Assembly: GCA_030615855.1 (NCBI GenBank)
Contig: JAUWYL010000006.1
Coordinates: forward strand, 1 to 54,532
From: a bacterium
GTDB lineage: Bacteria; UBP18; UBA7526
Direction of reading: 5' to 3'
DNA length: 54,532 nt
Below are positions 25,278 to 34,990 of the stretch, piece by piece. Made by a program: the position numbers and the translations under genes. The notes beneath the pieces were generated by a model. The model was not told the DNA's origin. It ran no database searches and saw only the letters and a list, made by a program, of their open reading frames with translations. Position 1 is the first letter of the stretch. Each line of letters opens with the position of its first letter.

Positions 25278-26567
25278 ATGAACGATAAACTAAAGGAATG
25301 GAAGAAGGAAATCACCAAGAATCATAGGTGGAATACCGTAGTTACCATTCTGGATGGGGCATTCTTCTTCTTCGGTTTGGGGTTTGTCTTTGAGATTACC
25401 ATCCTTCCCTTATTCATCAGCAAATTAACCCCCTATAAGTCTGTGGTGGGCCTGGCTTCTGCCTTATGGATGCTGGGCTTCTTTGGTCCCCAGATCATCT
25501 CTGCTCGCCTGGTAGAACCCCTGGCGCGCAAGAAGAGGCTGGTCTTTCTGGTGGGGATGGGGCAGCGCCTCCCCTGGTTATTCTTAGCCCTGGCTACCTA
25601 TTTTTTCATAAGGGAAGGTTCTCTGGCAGGTCTCCTTCTCTTCTTCGTTCTCTATGGATGCTATGCCCTTGCGGGAGGATTTAACTTCGTCCCCTGGCTC
25701 GATCTAATCGGGAAGATTCTTCTGCCCAAAAAGAGAGGCCGGGTTCTGGGATTCAATCGCTTTGCGGGAGGTATCCTGGGGATAGTGGGGGCCTTGATAG
25801 CAGGTCGTATCTTGAGCCATTTCCCATTCCCCAATAACTTCTCCTTCTGTTTCCTCTTGGCCTTCTTGATGACCTCAATCTCCCTGACCGCCTTCTCTTT
25901 CTATAAAGAACCTGCTTATCCGGTAGTCAAAAAGAGAATAGCCTGGAAAGTTTATTTCAAAGGGCTAGGAAGGATTTTAAGAGAGAATAAGAATTACTCC
26001 TACTGCCTCCTGGCCAATATCATCCTCTGCTTTGTGGCCATGGCTACCCCCTTCTATGCCCTCTACGGAATTGAGAAACTAAAGGCCCCGGAAGGATGGA
26101 TAGGGATATTTACTGCCTTAGTCTTGGGGGCGCAGACGATAACTTACGTTCTCTGGGGATATTTAGGGGACAGGCGGGGGTATAAAGGAGTGATGGTCTT
26201 GTCTGCTTTATTTGCGGGTGGGGCCGCGGTCCTGGCCCTTCTTGCGGGAAGTATTGGGCTCTATTTGCTTGTCTTCATTCTCTTGGGTTTCTATATGAGT
26301 GCCGTCATGCTGGGATATATGAATATCGTCTTAGAGTTTTCCCCACCCGAAGAGCGCCCCACCTACATCGGATTGGGCCACACCATACTCGCCCTTCCCT
26401 TAACCGTTGCCCCCCTCCTGGGTGGCCTTTTGATAGATAGGATAGGCTATCGCTTCGTCTTTGGTCTAACCGCTCTTGTGGCCTTTGTAAGCCTATCCAT
26501 CCTAGTCCTAATGGTGAAGGAGCCCCGCCGCCACTACTCCTTCTGGAGCACGGATGGGCACGGATAA
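25278..26567 (+). CDS. Major facilitator superfamily transporter
   Basis: About 12 TM segments, WGYLGDRRGYK MFS motif, PEERPTYIG; probable ATG at 25278. Confidence 0.88.
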   Translation: MNDKLKEWKKEITKNHRWNTVVTILDGAFFFFGLGFVFEITILPLFISKLTPYKSVVGLASALWMLGFFGPQIISARLVEPLARKKRLVFLVGMGQRLPWLFLALATYFFIREGSLAGLLLFFVLYGCYALAGGFNFVPWLDLIGKILLPKKRGRVLGFNRFAGGILGIVGALIAGRILSHFPFPNNFSFCFLLAFLMTSISLTAFSFYKEPAYPVVKKRIAWKVYFKGLGRILRENKNYSYCLLANIILCFVAMATPFYALYGIEKLKAPEGWIGIFTALVLGAQTITYVLWGYLGDRRGYKGVMVLSALFAGGAAVLALLAGSIGLYLLVFILLGFYMSAVMLGYMNIVLEFSPPEERPTYIGLGHTILALPLTVAPLLGGLLIDRIGYRFVFGLTALVAFVSLSILVLMVKEPRRHYSFWSTDGHG

Positions 26568-26629
26568 CATACGGATGGGCACGGATTTATCCGTGATAAT
26601 CCGTCTTTTCAATCCGTGATAATCCGTGT
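26549..26629. repeat. Inverted array of CACGGAT / ATCCGTG repeats between convergent genes
   Basis: cacggatgggcacggataacatacggatgggcacggat then atccgtgataatccgt...atccgtgataatccgtg. Confidence 0.8.
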
Positions 26630-26630
26630 A

Positions 26631-27188
26631 TTAGGCCCTTTCTAAATATTCTCCAGTCCTGGTGTCTACCTTAACCACATCCCCAGTGTTTACAAATAGC
26701 GGAACCTGAATTATAGCACCGGTCTTCAGGGTGGCCGGTTTTGTGCCCGAGGTTGCTCGATCTCCCCTTAACCCTGGTTCGGTATGGATAACCTTCAAAG
26801 AGACAGTAATGGGCAGTTCCATCCCCAGGATTTTTCCTTTATAAGTTAAAAGCTCAACTTTAGTGTTCTCTTTTAAGAAGCGAATCCCCTCCCCTATCTG
26901 GGAGGTACCCAGGGTCACTTGTTCGTATGTCTCATCATCCATGAAGACCAGGCTCCCACCTTCTCTATAGAGATACTCCATCTTCTTCTTTATTAGATGT
27001 GCCTCTTCAAACTTGGTACCCGCTCTAAAGGTTCGATCTATAATGCTTCCCGTGGTGAGGTTCTTGAGTTTGGTGCGCATTACTGCTCCACCCTTGCCCG
27101 GCTTGTGATGCTGGAACCAGAGGATGAGATGAATCTGGCCATCCACAATGATGGCCATTCCATTTCTAAAATCCTTTGTGGAGATCAT
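26631..27188 (-). CDS. efp: Elongation factor P
   Basis: QHHKPGKGGAVMRTKLKNL, TEPGLRGD, VPLFV, DTRTGEYLER. Confidence 0.97.
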   Translation of the reverse strand: MISTKDFRNGMAIIVDGQIHLILWFQHHKPGKGGAVMRTKLKNLTTGSIIDRTFRAGTKFEEAHLIKKKMEYLYREGGSLVFMDDETYEQVTLGTSQIGEGIRFLKENTKVELLTYKGKILGMELPITVSLKVIHTEPGLRGDRATSGTKPATLKTGAIIQVPLFVNTGDVVKVDTRTGEYLERA

Positions 27189-27198
27189 CCTACCCCCC

Positions 27199-28266
27199 TT
27201 ACAATTCGGGAAGTTCTTCTGGAGCTCTCTTGCTCAATACCTGGCATCCTTTCTCAGTAACCAGAACCATATCCTCAATTCTCATACCACCCCATCCTGG
27301 GATATAGATCCCAGGCTCCACAGTTAGAACCATCCCTGGTTCAAGGGGGGTATGATCCTCTACTTTCAGATAGGGTCCCTCATGCACTTCCCTTCCTACC
27401 CCATGGCCGAGTCCATGGCCAAAAAACTTTCCATAGCCTTCCTTAGCAATTATGTTTCGAGCGATTCTATCTATCCAGGAACATTCTATTCCTGGTCTAA
27501 TCTTCTCTATGGCCTCACTCTGGGCATGATAAAGAAAGGAATAGATCCTTCTCTGTCTTTTAGTCGCTCCCCCTAAGACAAAGGTACGTGTGAGATCAGA
27601 GGAATACCCCCGATAAATTGCTCCACAGTCTATCTTGATCAGATCTCCCTTTCTTAATTTTGTTATGGAAGGTTTACTGTGGGGATAAGAAGTCCTCTTG
27701 CCAAAGGCGACTATGGGAGGAAAAGCGCTTCCCTCAGCTTCTCTCTTTTTTATCTCATATTCCAGGAGGGTAGATAGTTCCTTTTCTGGTATATGAATCC
27801 TTATTTTCCTTAGCGTATTAGCTAAAGCATTTTCGGTAATTCTAATTGCTTTCTTGATCGATTTAATCTCTCCTTGATCTTTAATACGACGAAGATTTTC
27901 TACCAATCCCTTGGTGGAAATTAATCTAAGCCCCTTTAGATTTTTAGAAAAAAGACGATAGCGAGAATAGGATAAATGTTCCGCCTCAAATCCTAATTTC
28001 TTAATCTTTAGCTTATTTAGGACCGGGGCTAAGGCCTTGAGGAGTGGGCCTTTTCTCTTTTTTATCTGGAACTTAATTACCTTTCTCCTTGCCTCTTCCA
28101 GATAGCGAAAGTCAGTGAAAAGTATCGCTTTCTTCAGAGTGATTAAAGCGGCATCTTCAGAACCAGCGAAGCCGCTTAGATAACCGATGTTTATGGGATT
28201 GGTTAATAGGAGAACGGGGATCTTCTTTTCGACCATCCTCTCTCTCAATCTTTTTAATCTTTGCAT
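27199..28266 (-). CDS. Xaa-Pro aminopeptidase/dipeptidase (M24B)
   Basis: TDFRY, YSSDLTRT, HGLGHGVGREVHEGP, TVEPGIY, GMRIED; adjacent to efp. Confidence 0.92.
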   Translation of the reverse strand: MQRLKRLRERMVEKKIPVLLLTNPINIGYLSGFAGSEDAALITLKKAILFTDFRYLEEARRKVIKFQIKKRKGPLLKALAPVLNKLKIKKLGFEAEHLSYSRYRLFSKNLKGLRLISTKGLVENLRRIKDQGEIKSIKKAIRITENALANTLRKIRIHIPEKELSTLLEYEIKKREAEGSAFPPIVAFGKRTSYPHSKPSITKLRKGDLIKIDCGAIYRGYSSDLTRTFVLGGATKRQRRIYSFLYHAQSEAIEKIRPGIECSWIDRIARNIIAKEGYGKFFGHGLGHGVGREVHEGPYLKVEDHTPLEPGMVLTVEPGIYIPGWGGMRIEDMVLVTEKGCQVLSKRAPEELPEL

Positions 28267-29423
28267 CTAAGTCCTTTACTCCTTATTAGTCCCTGATAGA
28301 GGTTATCGATCTTCTCGACCATCAAATCGATATCGAATTCAGGGAAGACTCTCTCCCTCCCCTTCTTTCCCATCTCCTTTGCCATTTCGGGATTATCCAA
28401 TAGAGTGATTATCTTCTCTGTCATGCCCCTGATGTCACCTACCGAGACTAAGAATCCATTCACTCCTTCTTCTATGGCCTCCGGGGCGCCATCCACTTTA
28501 GTAGCAACAATGGGCAATTCACTTGCCATGGCTTCGGGAAAGACCCGGGGAAGACCCTCCCAACGAGAGGTTAAAACTAAAATATTCATAACTTTTAGAA
28601 TCTGGGAGATATCTCTTCGCCAGCCAGTGAGGATTACTTTCTTCTCTAAATTGAGGGCCTTTATTAACCTCTCAATCTCTGATCTTAACTCCCCATCCCC
28701 AATTAGAAGGAATTGAGTTTCGGGTCTCTTCTCTATTACCTGGTTGGCCACTTTAACAAAGTCCAGAGGGGCCTTCTGGGGCTTGAAGGGGGCGATCATG
28801 GCCACTACTTTAGTATCCGGATCAAGGCTCAATTCCTTCCTCTTTTCCGCAATATTCACTTCCACATTCTGGAACCGGGAGGGTTTTATTCCACTTCGGA
28901 TAAGAGTATACTTCTCTTTCCTTCCAATTCTATCCTGTATACCCGTCTTTATATTTGCTTGGGAGACGGCGATTAATCTATCTGTAATTTTACTTGTCAT
29001 CTTCTCTAAGAAAATGAAGGGCCTTCTCTTTAAGAAGTTCTGTTTGGGATAGAATCCCCAGCCATGGATGGTATGAATAATGATGGGCACCTTAGCCAAT
29101 CTGGCTGCCGACCTCCCCAGGATCCCGGCCTTTGAGGAATGGGTATGGATGATATCAATCTTTTCTCTTTTACAAAAGTGAAATAGTTTAATCAAAGCAA
29201 TTAAATCCTTCAAGGGATTGATGGGACGTATGAGTTCTGGAATAAAGAATGCTTTTGCATCCTTTAATTCTCTCGCCCTCTCTATTAGTATTCCCTCATC
29301 ATTGGCGGCTAAGAAAAGGTTATATCTCTCCCGATCAAGGTTTCTTAAAGTGTAGAGAGTATTCTCCTGTGCCCCACCCAGTTCCAACTTAGTAATGGCA
29401 TGCAGAACGTTCAACCTTCTCAT
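28254..29423 (-). CDS. Glycosyltransferase family 4
   Basis: ITKLELGGAQ, HTHSSKAG and SRWEGLPRVFPEAMA motifs; ATG at 29423. Confidence 0.9.
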   Translation of the reverse strand: MRRLNVLHAITKLELGGAQENTLYTLRNLDRERYNLFLAANDEGILIERARELKDAKAFFIPELIRPINPLKDLIALIKLFHFCKREKIDIIHTHSSKAGILGRSAARLAKVPIIIHTIHGWGFYPKQNFLKRRPFIFLEKMTSKITDRLIAVSQANIKTGIQDRIGRKEKYTLIRSGIKPSRFQNVEVNIAEKRKELSLDPDTKVVAMIAPFKPQKAPLDFVKVANQVIEKRPETQFLLIGDGELRSEIERLIKALNLEKKVILTGWRRDISQILKVMNILVLTSRWEGLPRVFPEAMASELPIVATKVDGAPEAIEEGVNGFLVSVGDIRGMTEKIITLLDNPEMAKEMGKKGRERVFPEFDIDLMVEKIDNLYQGLIRSKGLRCKD

Positions 29424-29445
29424 GGTATTCTCTGCGTTTTTACTT

Positions 29446-30390
29446 TTATTTTTGCGCTTTTGCGGTTGCAAGCCACGCTACCTCTTTCTCCAGACCTTCT
29501 CTTAACTTCACCTTGGGTTGATAATTTAACAGTTTCTTCGCCTTAGAAATATTGGCGGAGGTATGAAGAACATCCCCTTTTTGTTTTTCAATATATCTTA
29601 TCTTTATTTTCTTATTAGTAATTTCTTCTAATATCTTCAAGGTTTCATTTACTGTAACCTGTGCTCCTCCGCCGATATTTATTATCTCCCCAGTCACTTC
29701 ACTCCAGGCTGCTTTTATGGTTGCTTCTACAGCATCAGAGATATAGGTAAAGTCCCGGGTCTGATTCCCATCTCCGTAGATTGTGATTTCTTTATCGTTC
29801 AACAAAGCCTTGATGAATCTGTGGAAGGCCATGTCAGGCCTCTGCCTCGGGCCATATACTGTGAAGTAGCGCAAAGTAATCACCGGCATTTTATAGGCCT
29901 TATAGTAAAGATAACCAAGACCTTCAGAGGCTAATTTAGTAATCCCGTAAGGGGATATGGGTCTTAAGACATTATCCTCCCTCATAGGCAGGGGGCTCTC
30001 TCCATAAACGGAGGAAGAGGAGGCTAAGATGAACTTCTTCAGGGGAAATTCCTTTACTTCTTCCAATAGTCTTTGAGTTACGGCAATATTATCTCTAATG
30101 TAGATTCCGAAATTCTTTCCCCAGCTTTTCCTCACTCCGGGCTGGGCCGCTAGATGGAAGAGGTAATCGATCCCTTCCAAAGTTTTTTTCAGGTCTAACT
30201 CTAAAAGATTTCCTTCCTGGAAGGAAAAGTTCTTATTCTCTTTAAGGTTTTTTAGATTATTCTCTTTAATCTTGCGGGAATAATAATCAGTAAAGGAATC
30301 GATGGCCCTCACTTCCCATCCCAATTTTAACAATCCTTCTGCTAAATGGGAACCGATGAATCCTGCCACTCCAGTAACTAAGGCTCTCAT
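29446..30390 (-). CDS. NAD-dependent nucleotide-sugar epimerase (UDP-glucuronate 4-epimerase-like)
   Basis: VTGVAGFIGSH, HLAAQPGVR, SSSSVYG, YGITK, LRYFTVYGPRQRPDMAF. Confidence 0.92.
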   Translation of the reverse strand: MRALVTGVAGFIGSHLAEGLLKLGWEVRAIDSFTDYYSRKIKENNLKNLKENKNFSFQEGNLLELDLKKTLEGIDYLFHLAAQPGVRKSWGKNFGIYIRDNIAVTQRLLEEVKEFPLKKFILASSSSVYGESPLPMREDNVLRPISPYGITKLASEGLGYLYYKAYKMPVITLRYFTVYGPRQRPDMAFHRFIKALLNDKEITIYGDGNQTRDFTYISDAVEATIKAAWSEVTGEIINIGGGAQVTVNETLKILEEITNKKIKIRYIEKQKGDVLHTSANISKAKKLLNYQPKVKLREGLEKEVAWLATAKAQK

Positions 30391-30405
30391 AGTTTAACCT
30401 CCCAG

Positions 30406-30454
30406 ACGCTGATTTCTTTTTACTGCCTACTGCGTGGGTGTATTTAACGCAGAT
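30406..30454. repeat. Second copy of the 49-bp dispersed repeat
   Basis: acgctgatttctttttactgcctactgcgtgggtgtatttaacgcagat. Confidence 0.75.
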
Positions 30455-30519
30455 ACTCAACGCACTTTGTTTGCCTCGAGATGTTAGCCGCAGATTATAA
30501 ATGTTTGATATCAGATTTT

Positions 30520-30557
30520 ACTGACCACTGATTACCGATCACTGATTACTGACCATT
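30520..30557. repeat. 7-nt tandem repeats (ACTGATT/ACCGATC) overlapping a stop codon
   Basis: actgaccactgattaccgatcactgattactgacc. Confidence 0.65.
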
Positions 30558-31853
30558 GAGCTGTTGGGCTATTTCCCTCCCCTGATTGATGACGTCCTCC
30601 ATGGAGAGGTACTCCCAGGAACCGAACCTCCCTGTAGAATAGATATTATTCTTTCTTAAAAATCTTTGGCTGGTGGCTACGCTTTCTTTATAATTATGGT
30701 CGTAGAGAGGATAGGCATATCTGATGTCTAAGACAAGTTTTGCCAGAATCTTATCTCGGGAAGTGATAATGCCTGCTTTTATTAAATCCTTTACTATTTT
30801 CTTTGTTATTCTTTTTTTATCAAGTGGTCTATCTTTAGAATAGGAGACCTCAGTATAGATAGAACTCGTCCCTCTGGGGGCAAGATAAGAAGAAAAGTTG
30901 GAGGTAAAGCCCGCTCGATAGAAAGAAAACTCTTTTTCTGGAAAGTAAACCCAGTGCTTATCTGATATATTCTCCCGTTTAATTCCTAAGTTTAGATTGA
31001 AGACTGAAACGTATCTTAGGCGCTTAGAGGCCTTGCTAACTTTCTCTGGAATTCGCTCGATAATCTTTATTAATTTTGGTAGAGGTATAGTAGATACCAA
31101 TCTCTGATATCTTATCTCTCTGCCGTTGCTAAATTTAATCTTTTTATCTTTAAGCGAGATTTTAGTTGCCTTCAAATTTAGATTTATTCTCTTAACAGCG
31201 GAGAGAAAGGATTGGGGTAGTTCCTCTATTCCCCCCTTTAAAGGATAATAGAATCGGATATTATAACCGAAGTCCTTTTCCTGTCTTCCCCTTGCTCCAG
31301 CTAGTACCTCTTTTAAGGTAGGGATGGGAATGAACCCCCTGGTCCATTCTGTGGACATCTCCTCTAAGGGAACAGTCCATAATTTCTCGTTGTAGGGAAT
31401 CATAAAGTGCTTGGCATATCCCTTTCCAAAGTTTCTATAAATCCACTCTTTGAAGTCAACTGGTTTACGGTGTACGGCATACCGTTTACGGTTAGTTCTA
31501 ATCTCCCTGAGACCATCGATGCATTCCTTTACAACTTTAGAGGGCAATCCATAAATATTGGCCTGAAAGGGATACTTGGTATAGATTCCTTTAGAATAGA
31601 TCCAGGCTTTTCGCTTCTGAAGAAAGAGATTCTTTTCTAAAAGTTCTCTAATTAATTTTTTGTTCTTGTCTCTTTTGATGTGAAGCAGATGTCCAGTATG
31701 ATCAAAAGTAAAGCCATTTACCTTCTCGCTTCTGCATAAGCCCCCTACCCGAGACCCCTTCTCAAAGATAGAATAGTCTTTCTTCAAATAATAGGCGCAG
31801 GTTAAACCTGAAAGCCCGGCACCTAAGATAATTATTTTGCTGGATTTTTGCAT
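30546..31853 (-). CDS. FAD-dependent oxidoreductase (protoporphyrinogen oxidase / UDP-galactopyranose mutase-like)
   Basis: ILGAGLSGL, VGGLCRS, FDHTGH, PYNEKLW, FYYPLKGG, GRFGSWEY. Confidence 0.8.
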   Translation of the reverse strand: MQKSSKIIILGAGLSGLTCAYYLKKDYSIFEKGSRVGGLCRSEKVNGFTFDHTGHLLHIKRDKNKKLIRELLEKNLFLQKRKAWIYSKGIYTKYPFQANIYGLPSKVVKECIDGLREIRTNRKRYAVHRKPVDFKEWIYRNFGKGYAKHFMIPYNEKLWTVPLEEMSTEWTRGFIPIPTLKEVLAGARGRQEKDFGYNIRFYYPLKGGIEELPQSFLSAVKRINLNLKATKISLKDKKIKFSNGREIRYQRLVSTIPLPKLIKIIERIPEKVSKASKRLRYVSVFNLNLGIKRENISDKHWVYFPEKEFSFYRAGFTSNFSSYLAPRGTSSIYTEVSYSKDRPLDKKRITKKIVKDLIKAGIITSRDKILAKLVLDIRYAYPLYDHNYKESVATSQRFLRKNNIYSTGRFGSWEYLSMEDVINQGREIAQQLNGQ

Positions 31854-31863
31854 TTTTAGTTTC

Positions 31864-32025
31864 TCGTTATACGTTGAAGGGTTACGTTGAAAATTTAAAT
31901 ATTAAAAATTAAATATTAAAATTCAAAATTTTACATTTTGCATTGTCATTTTAATTTTTACATTTTGATTTTTGATATTATGCTATATCATTTGATGCGG
32001 GCTTCGTAACCGCAACCGTTTGACG
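31864..32025. repeat. Element with the ends of 4870-4985 enclosing an AT-rich inverted 7-nt repeat array
   Basis: Shared end motifs; interior aaatttaaatattaaaaatt...tttacattttgatt. Confidence 0.65.
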
Positions 32026-32050
32026 ATAGCCATCAAGTTTACAGAAGAGA

Positions 32051-33076
32051 TTAGCCATGAATTTCCTCGCGCATTTCAATCTGGGCCAATCTGTGGCCGA
32101 CTAAAAAAGAAACTAAAATGACTAAGCAATAGATAAAAATAGCCCATTTAATTTTTACCAGTGTAACGACTACTCCGACAATGGCCAATAGAATACTAAT
32201 AAGGTAGACAATTAAGACTGTCTTTTTTCTGCTCAGGCCAAGGGCCACCAAGCGGAGAGCGAAGTGGTCATTGCTTGCCCGCAGGATAGAGCGCCCCTTC
32301 TTTGTTCGTAAGGCAGTGACCAGGAAGGTATCGTAGATGGGAATCCCTAAGATAAGGATAGGAGCAAAGAGAGCGATTCTATTTACTGCGGTATAGCTGG
32401 TTCCGATGGCCAGGGCAGCCATGGTAAAGCCCAAGAAGAGGCTTCCCGCATCCCCCATATAGATCTTTGCCGGAAAGAAGTTATATCTCAAGAATCCCAA
32501 GCAGGCACCGGCTAAGGCAGCACAGGCTAAGATAACAAAGGCCTGATTACCAGGTAGAGCAATGGCAACCAATGCTAAAGAGGCGATAAAGACCACTCCG
32601 CTCGATAGACCATCCATAATATCGATGATGTTAAAGGCATTGATGATCCCCACTACCCACAAAATAGTCAAAGGAATACTGGGCCAAAAAGGTAGAAATT
32701 TTAATCTCACGCCAAAGATAATTAGAATAATAGCAGCAATTGTTTCTACAAAGAGTTTCGTCTTTGCGGATAGGCCTTGCAGATCATCGGCTAAGCCCAA
32801 GGCAACAATTAGTATGCTGCCCAGGAGGATGCCCGTTAACCCCTTTTTCCCCTCCTCAGGGATGTTGAGAAGAAAGAATCCGACTATTACTGGGATTAAA
32901 AAGGCAAGGAAAATGGCTACTCCTCCCAGATAGGGAACCGGCTCCTTATGAACCTTTACCGGTGCTCGAGGATGGTCCAGAATATCAAACCTAAAGGCCA
33001 TTCTCCTTGCCAGAGGAGTTAATAAAAAAACCAGAATTAGAGAGGAAAAAAAGGCGATAAAATAATACTGCCACAT
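32051..33076 (-). CDS. Undecaprenyl-phosphate HexNAc-1-phosphate transferase (WecA/TagO, MraY family)
   Basis: PYLGGVAI, GLADD, INAFNIIDIMDGL, FLRYNFFPAKIYMGDAGS. Confidence 0.92.
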   Translation of the reverse strand: MWQYYFIAFFSSLILVFLLTPLARRMAFRFDILDHPRAPVKVHKEPVPYLGGVAIFLAFLIPVIVGFFLLNIPEEGKKGLTGILLGSILIVALGLADDLQGLSAKTKLFVETIAAIILIIFGVRLKFLPFWPSIPLTILWVVGIINAFNIIDIMDGLSSGVVFIASLALVAIALPGNQAFVILACAALAGACLGFLRYNFFPAKIYMGDAGSLFLGFTMAALAIGTSYTAVNRIALFAPILILGIPIYDTFLVTALRTKKGRSILRASNDHFALRLVALGLSRKKTVLIVYLISILLAIVGVVVTLVKIKWAIFIYCLVILVSFLVGHRLAQIEMREEIHG

Positions 33077-33078
33077 AA

Positions 33079-34179
33079 CTAACTACCTATCTTTTCTTGA
33101 ATAAGTTCATCATAGAGTTTCTCTGTTTCTTCTATCATTCTATCTACAGTAAAATATTTTTCTACCCTCTCTTTACCCCTTTTAGCCATCTCCTGGGCTT
33201 CTTTCTTATTCTTTAGCATCCAGAGAATGGCTTGGGCTAAGGCCCCAGGATCTCTGGGGGGGACTAAAAGTCCATGAACTCTATCCTGAATAATCTCTCT
33301 TACCCCACCCACATCAGTAGCTACCACTGGCTTACCCATAGCCAGAGCCTCAAGGAGGGAACTGGGAAGCCCTTCCCATAATGAAGGAAGAACGAATACA
33401 TCCAGCAAGGATAATAACTGGGGAATATCTTGACGAAAGCCGGTGAAGATTACCCTTTCCTTCAGTCCCAAAGAAACCGTTTCTTCTTCTAATTTCTTTT
33501 TTATTGGACCATCACCCATAATAAGAAGCGTTGCTTCTGGAATAGTATCCTTCACTTGCTTAAGCGTCTTCAGAAGGTAGGTCAATCCCTTTGCCGGATG
33601 AAGGCGGGCAATAGTCCCTATGACCATGCTTTGAGGCTTAATGCCCAAGGCCTCTTTTTTTACTTTGATATTTACTCTAAATTTATTCAGGTCAATCCCG
33701 CTATAGATGACCGTTATTTTCTCTTCAGAAATTCCCTCCCGATGGATAAGCCTCTTTCTAACTACTTCTGAATTGGCGATAATCTTATTAGCAAACCTCG
33801 CTGTCCAGCGATCGGCTACTGAATGGTGCCATCTTCTCCAATCGTCCGTGCTGCGCTGGCTGGAGATGATGACCGGCACCCCGGCTATATGTCCTATTAT
33901 TCTCCCCATTATATTAGCACGATAGAGGTAGGTATGCAATAACTGAATCTTCTCCTTCCTCAAAAAAAGAAATAATTTCCGAGGACAAGAGAGATGATAT
34001 AGGGAAATACCTTCCTTCTCTATTGCCTCAGCCAAAGGCCCTCTTTCTTTCAAATAGCCTACCTGGATTTCATACTTTCTCTTGTTCAGTCTTTGGACTA
34101 AAGATAAAAGATAATGCTCTGTCCCCCCGATGTTAAGACTGGTGATTAACTGTAAAATTTTAACTTTGTCTTGTAGCAT
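33079..34179 (-). CDS. Glycosyltransferase family 4
   Basis: LNIGGTE, ARLHPAKG, PSLWEGLPSSLLEALA. Confidence 0.9.
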   Translation of the reverse strand: MLQDKVKILQLITSLNIGGTEHYLLSLVQRLNKRKYEIQVGYLKERGPLAEAIEKEGISLYHLSCPRKLFLFLRKEKIQLLHTYLYRANIMGRIIGHIAGVPVIISSQRSTDDWRRWHHSVADRWTARFANKIIANSEVVRKRLIHREGISEEKITVIYSGIDLNKFRVNIKVKKEALGIKPQSMVIGTIARLHPAKGLTYLLKTLKQVKDTIPEATLLIMGDGPIKKKLEEETVSLGLKERVIFTGFRQDIPQLLSLLDVFVLPSLWEGLPSSLLEALAMGKPVVATDVGGVREIIQDRVHGLLVPPRDPGALAQAILWMLKNKKEAQEMAKRGKERVEKYFTVDRMIEETEKLYDELIQEKIGS

Positions 34180-34990
34180 AGAGAATAAAACTTTCCTTCT
34201 TTCCCAATAACTTAAATAATTTGAGGAAAGAAACCATAGCTAAATTCTTCAAAAATCCCTTTGCATAGCGAGAAGTTATTACTTCGTCTGCACCTTTAAT
34301 CTTTAAAACTCGAAAACCTGCCTTTTCTACCATTTTGGTTAATATCCGAGGAGTAAAATAGTAAATTTGAGCAGGAAGATGCAGAATGCCCCTGGCCATG
34401 GTAAAATGTGAAACAAACCTTGCCAAAAGGAAGACGGCCCAATAGCGATGGGGCACTTTTAAAACAACTATACCTTTCTTTTTTAAGATACGGAAGGTTT
34501 CTTCTAGATATCCCATAGGATCAGGCAGGCTGCAAAGAATATCCCACATCGTCACTAAATCAAAATGGGCGGGGGGGAGGTGAGCCTCTTTCAAACCTCC
34601 CTGAAAGACCTTCAATCTATATTCATTCTGAGCAAACTGGACAGCAAAAGGAGAAGGTTCCACCCCTTCTGACTGCCAACCAAATTCTTGGGCTACCTTC
34701 AAGAAGAAGCCTACTCCACAGCCGATGTCGAGTAAACTCTCGCCCTTCTTAAATTCTTCTATCTCCTCTAACCTTCTTTGGAAATAAACTATTCTTTCTT
34801 CTCTATTTTTAAGGTAATAATTGGTGAAATATTCCCTTGAATAAAGCTGGACTAACTCCTTTGCTTCTGGACGAGGATTGAGATAGATAAGACCACAGTT
34901 CTGACAGCGCACTATCCTATAAGGTGGCTCCTGCCAGATCACCTTTGTTCTATCTTGATTGCAGAGATTGCATCCTATGTATTCTAACAT
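34160..34990 (-). CDS. SAM-dependent methyltransferase with an N-terminal CxxC zinc-ribbon
   Basis: CNLC...CQNCGLIY; LLDIGCGVGFF. Confidence 0.85.
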   Translation of the reverse strand: MLEYIGCNLCNQDRTKVIWQEPPYRIVRCQNCGLIYLNPRPEAKELVQLYSREYFTNYYLKNREERIVYFQRRLEEIEEFKKGESLLDIGCGVGFFLKVAQEFGWQSEGVEPSPFAVQFAQNEYRLKVFQGGLKEAHLPPAHFDLVTMWDILCSLPDPMGYLEETFRILKKKGIVVLKVPHRYWAVFLLARFVSHFTMARGILHLPAQIYYFTPRILTKMVEKAGFRVLKIKGADEVITSRYAKGFLKNLAMVSFLKLFKLLGKKESFILYATRQS

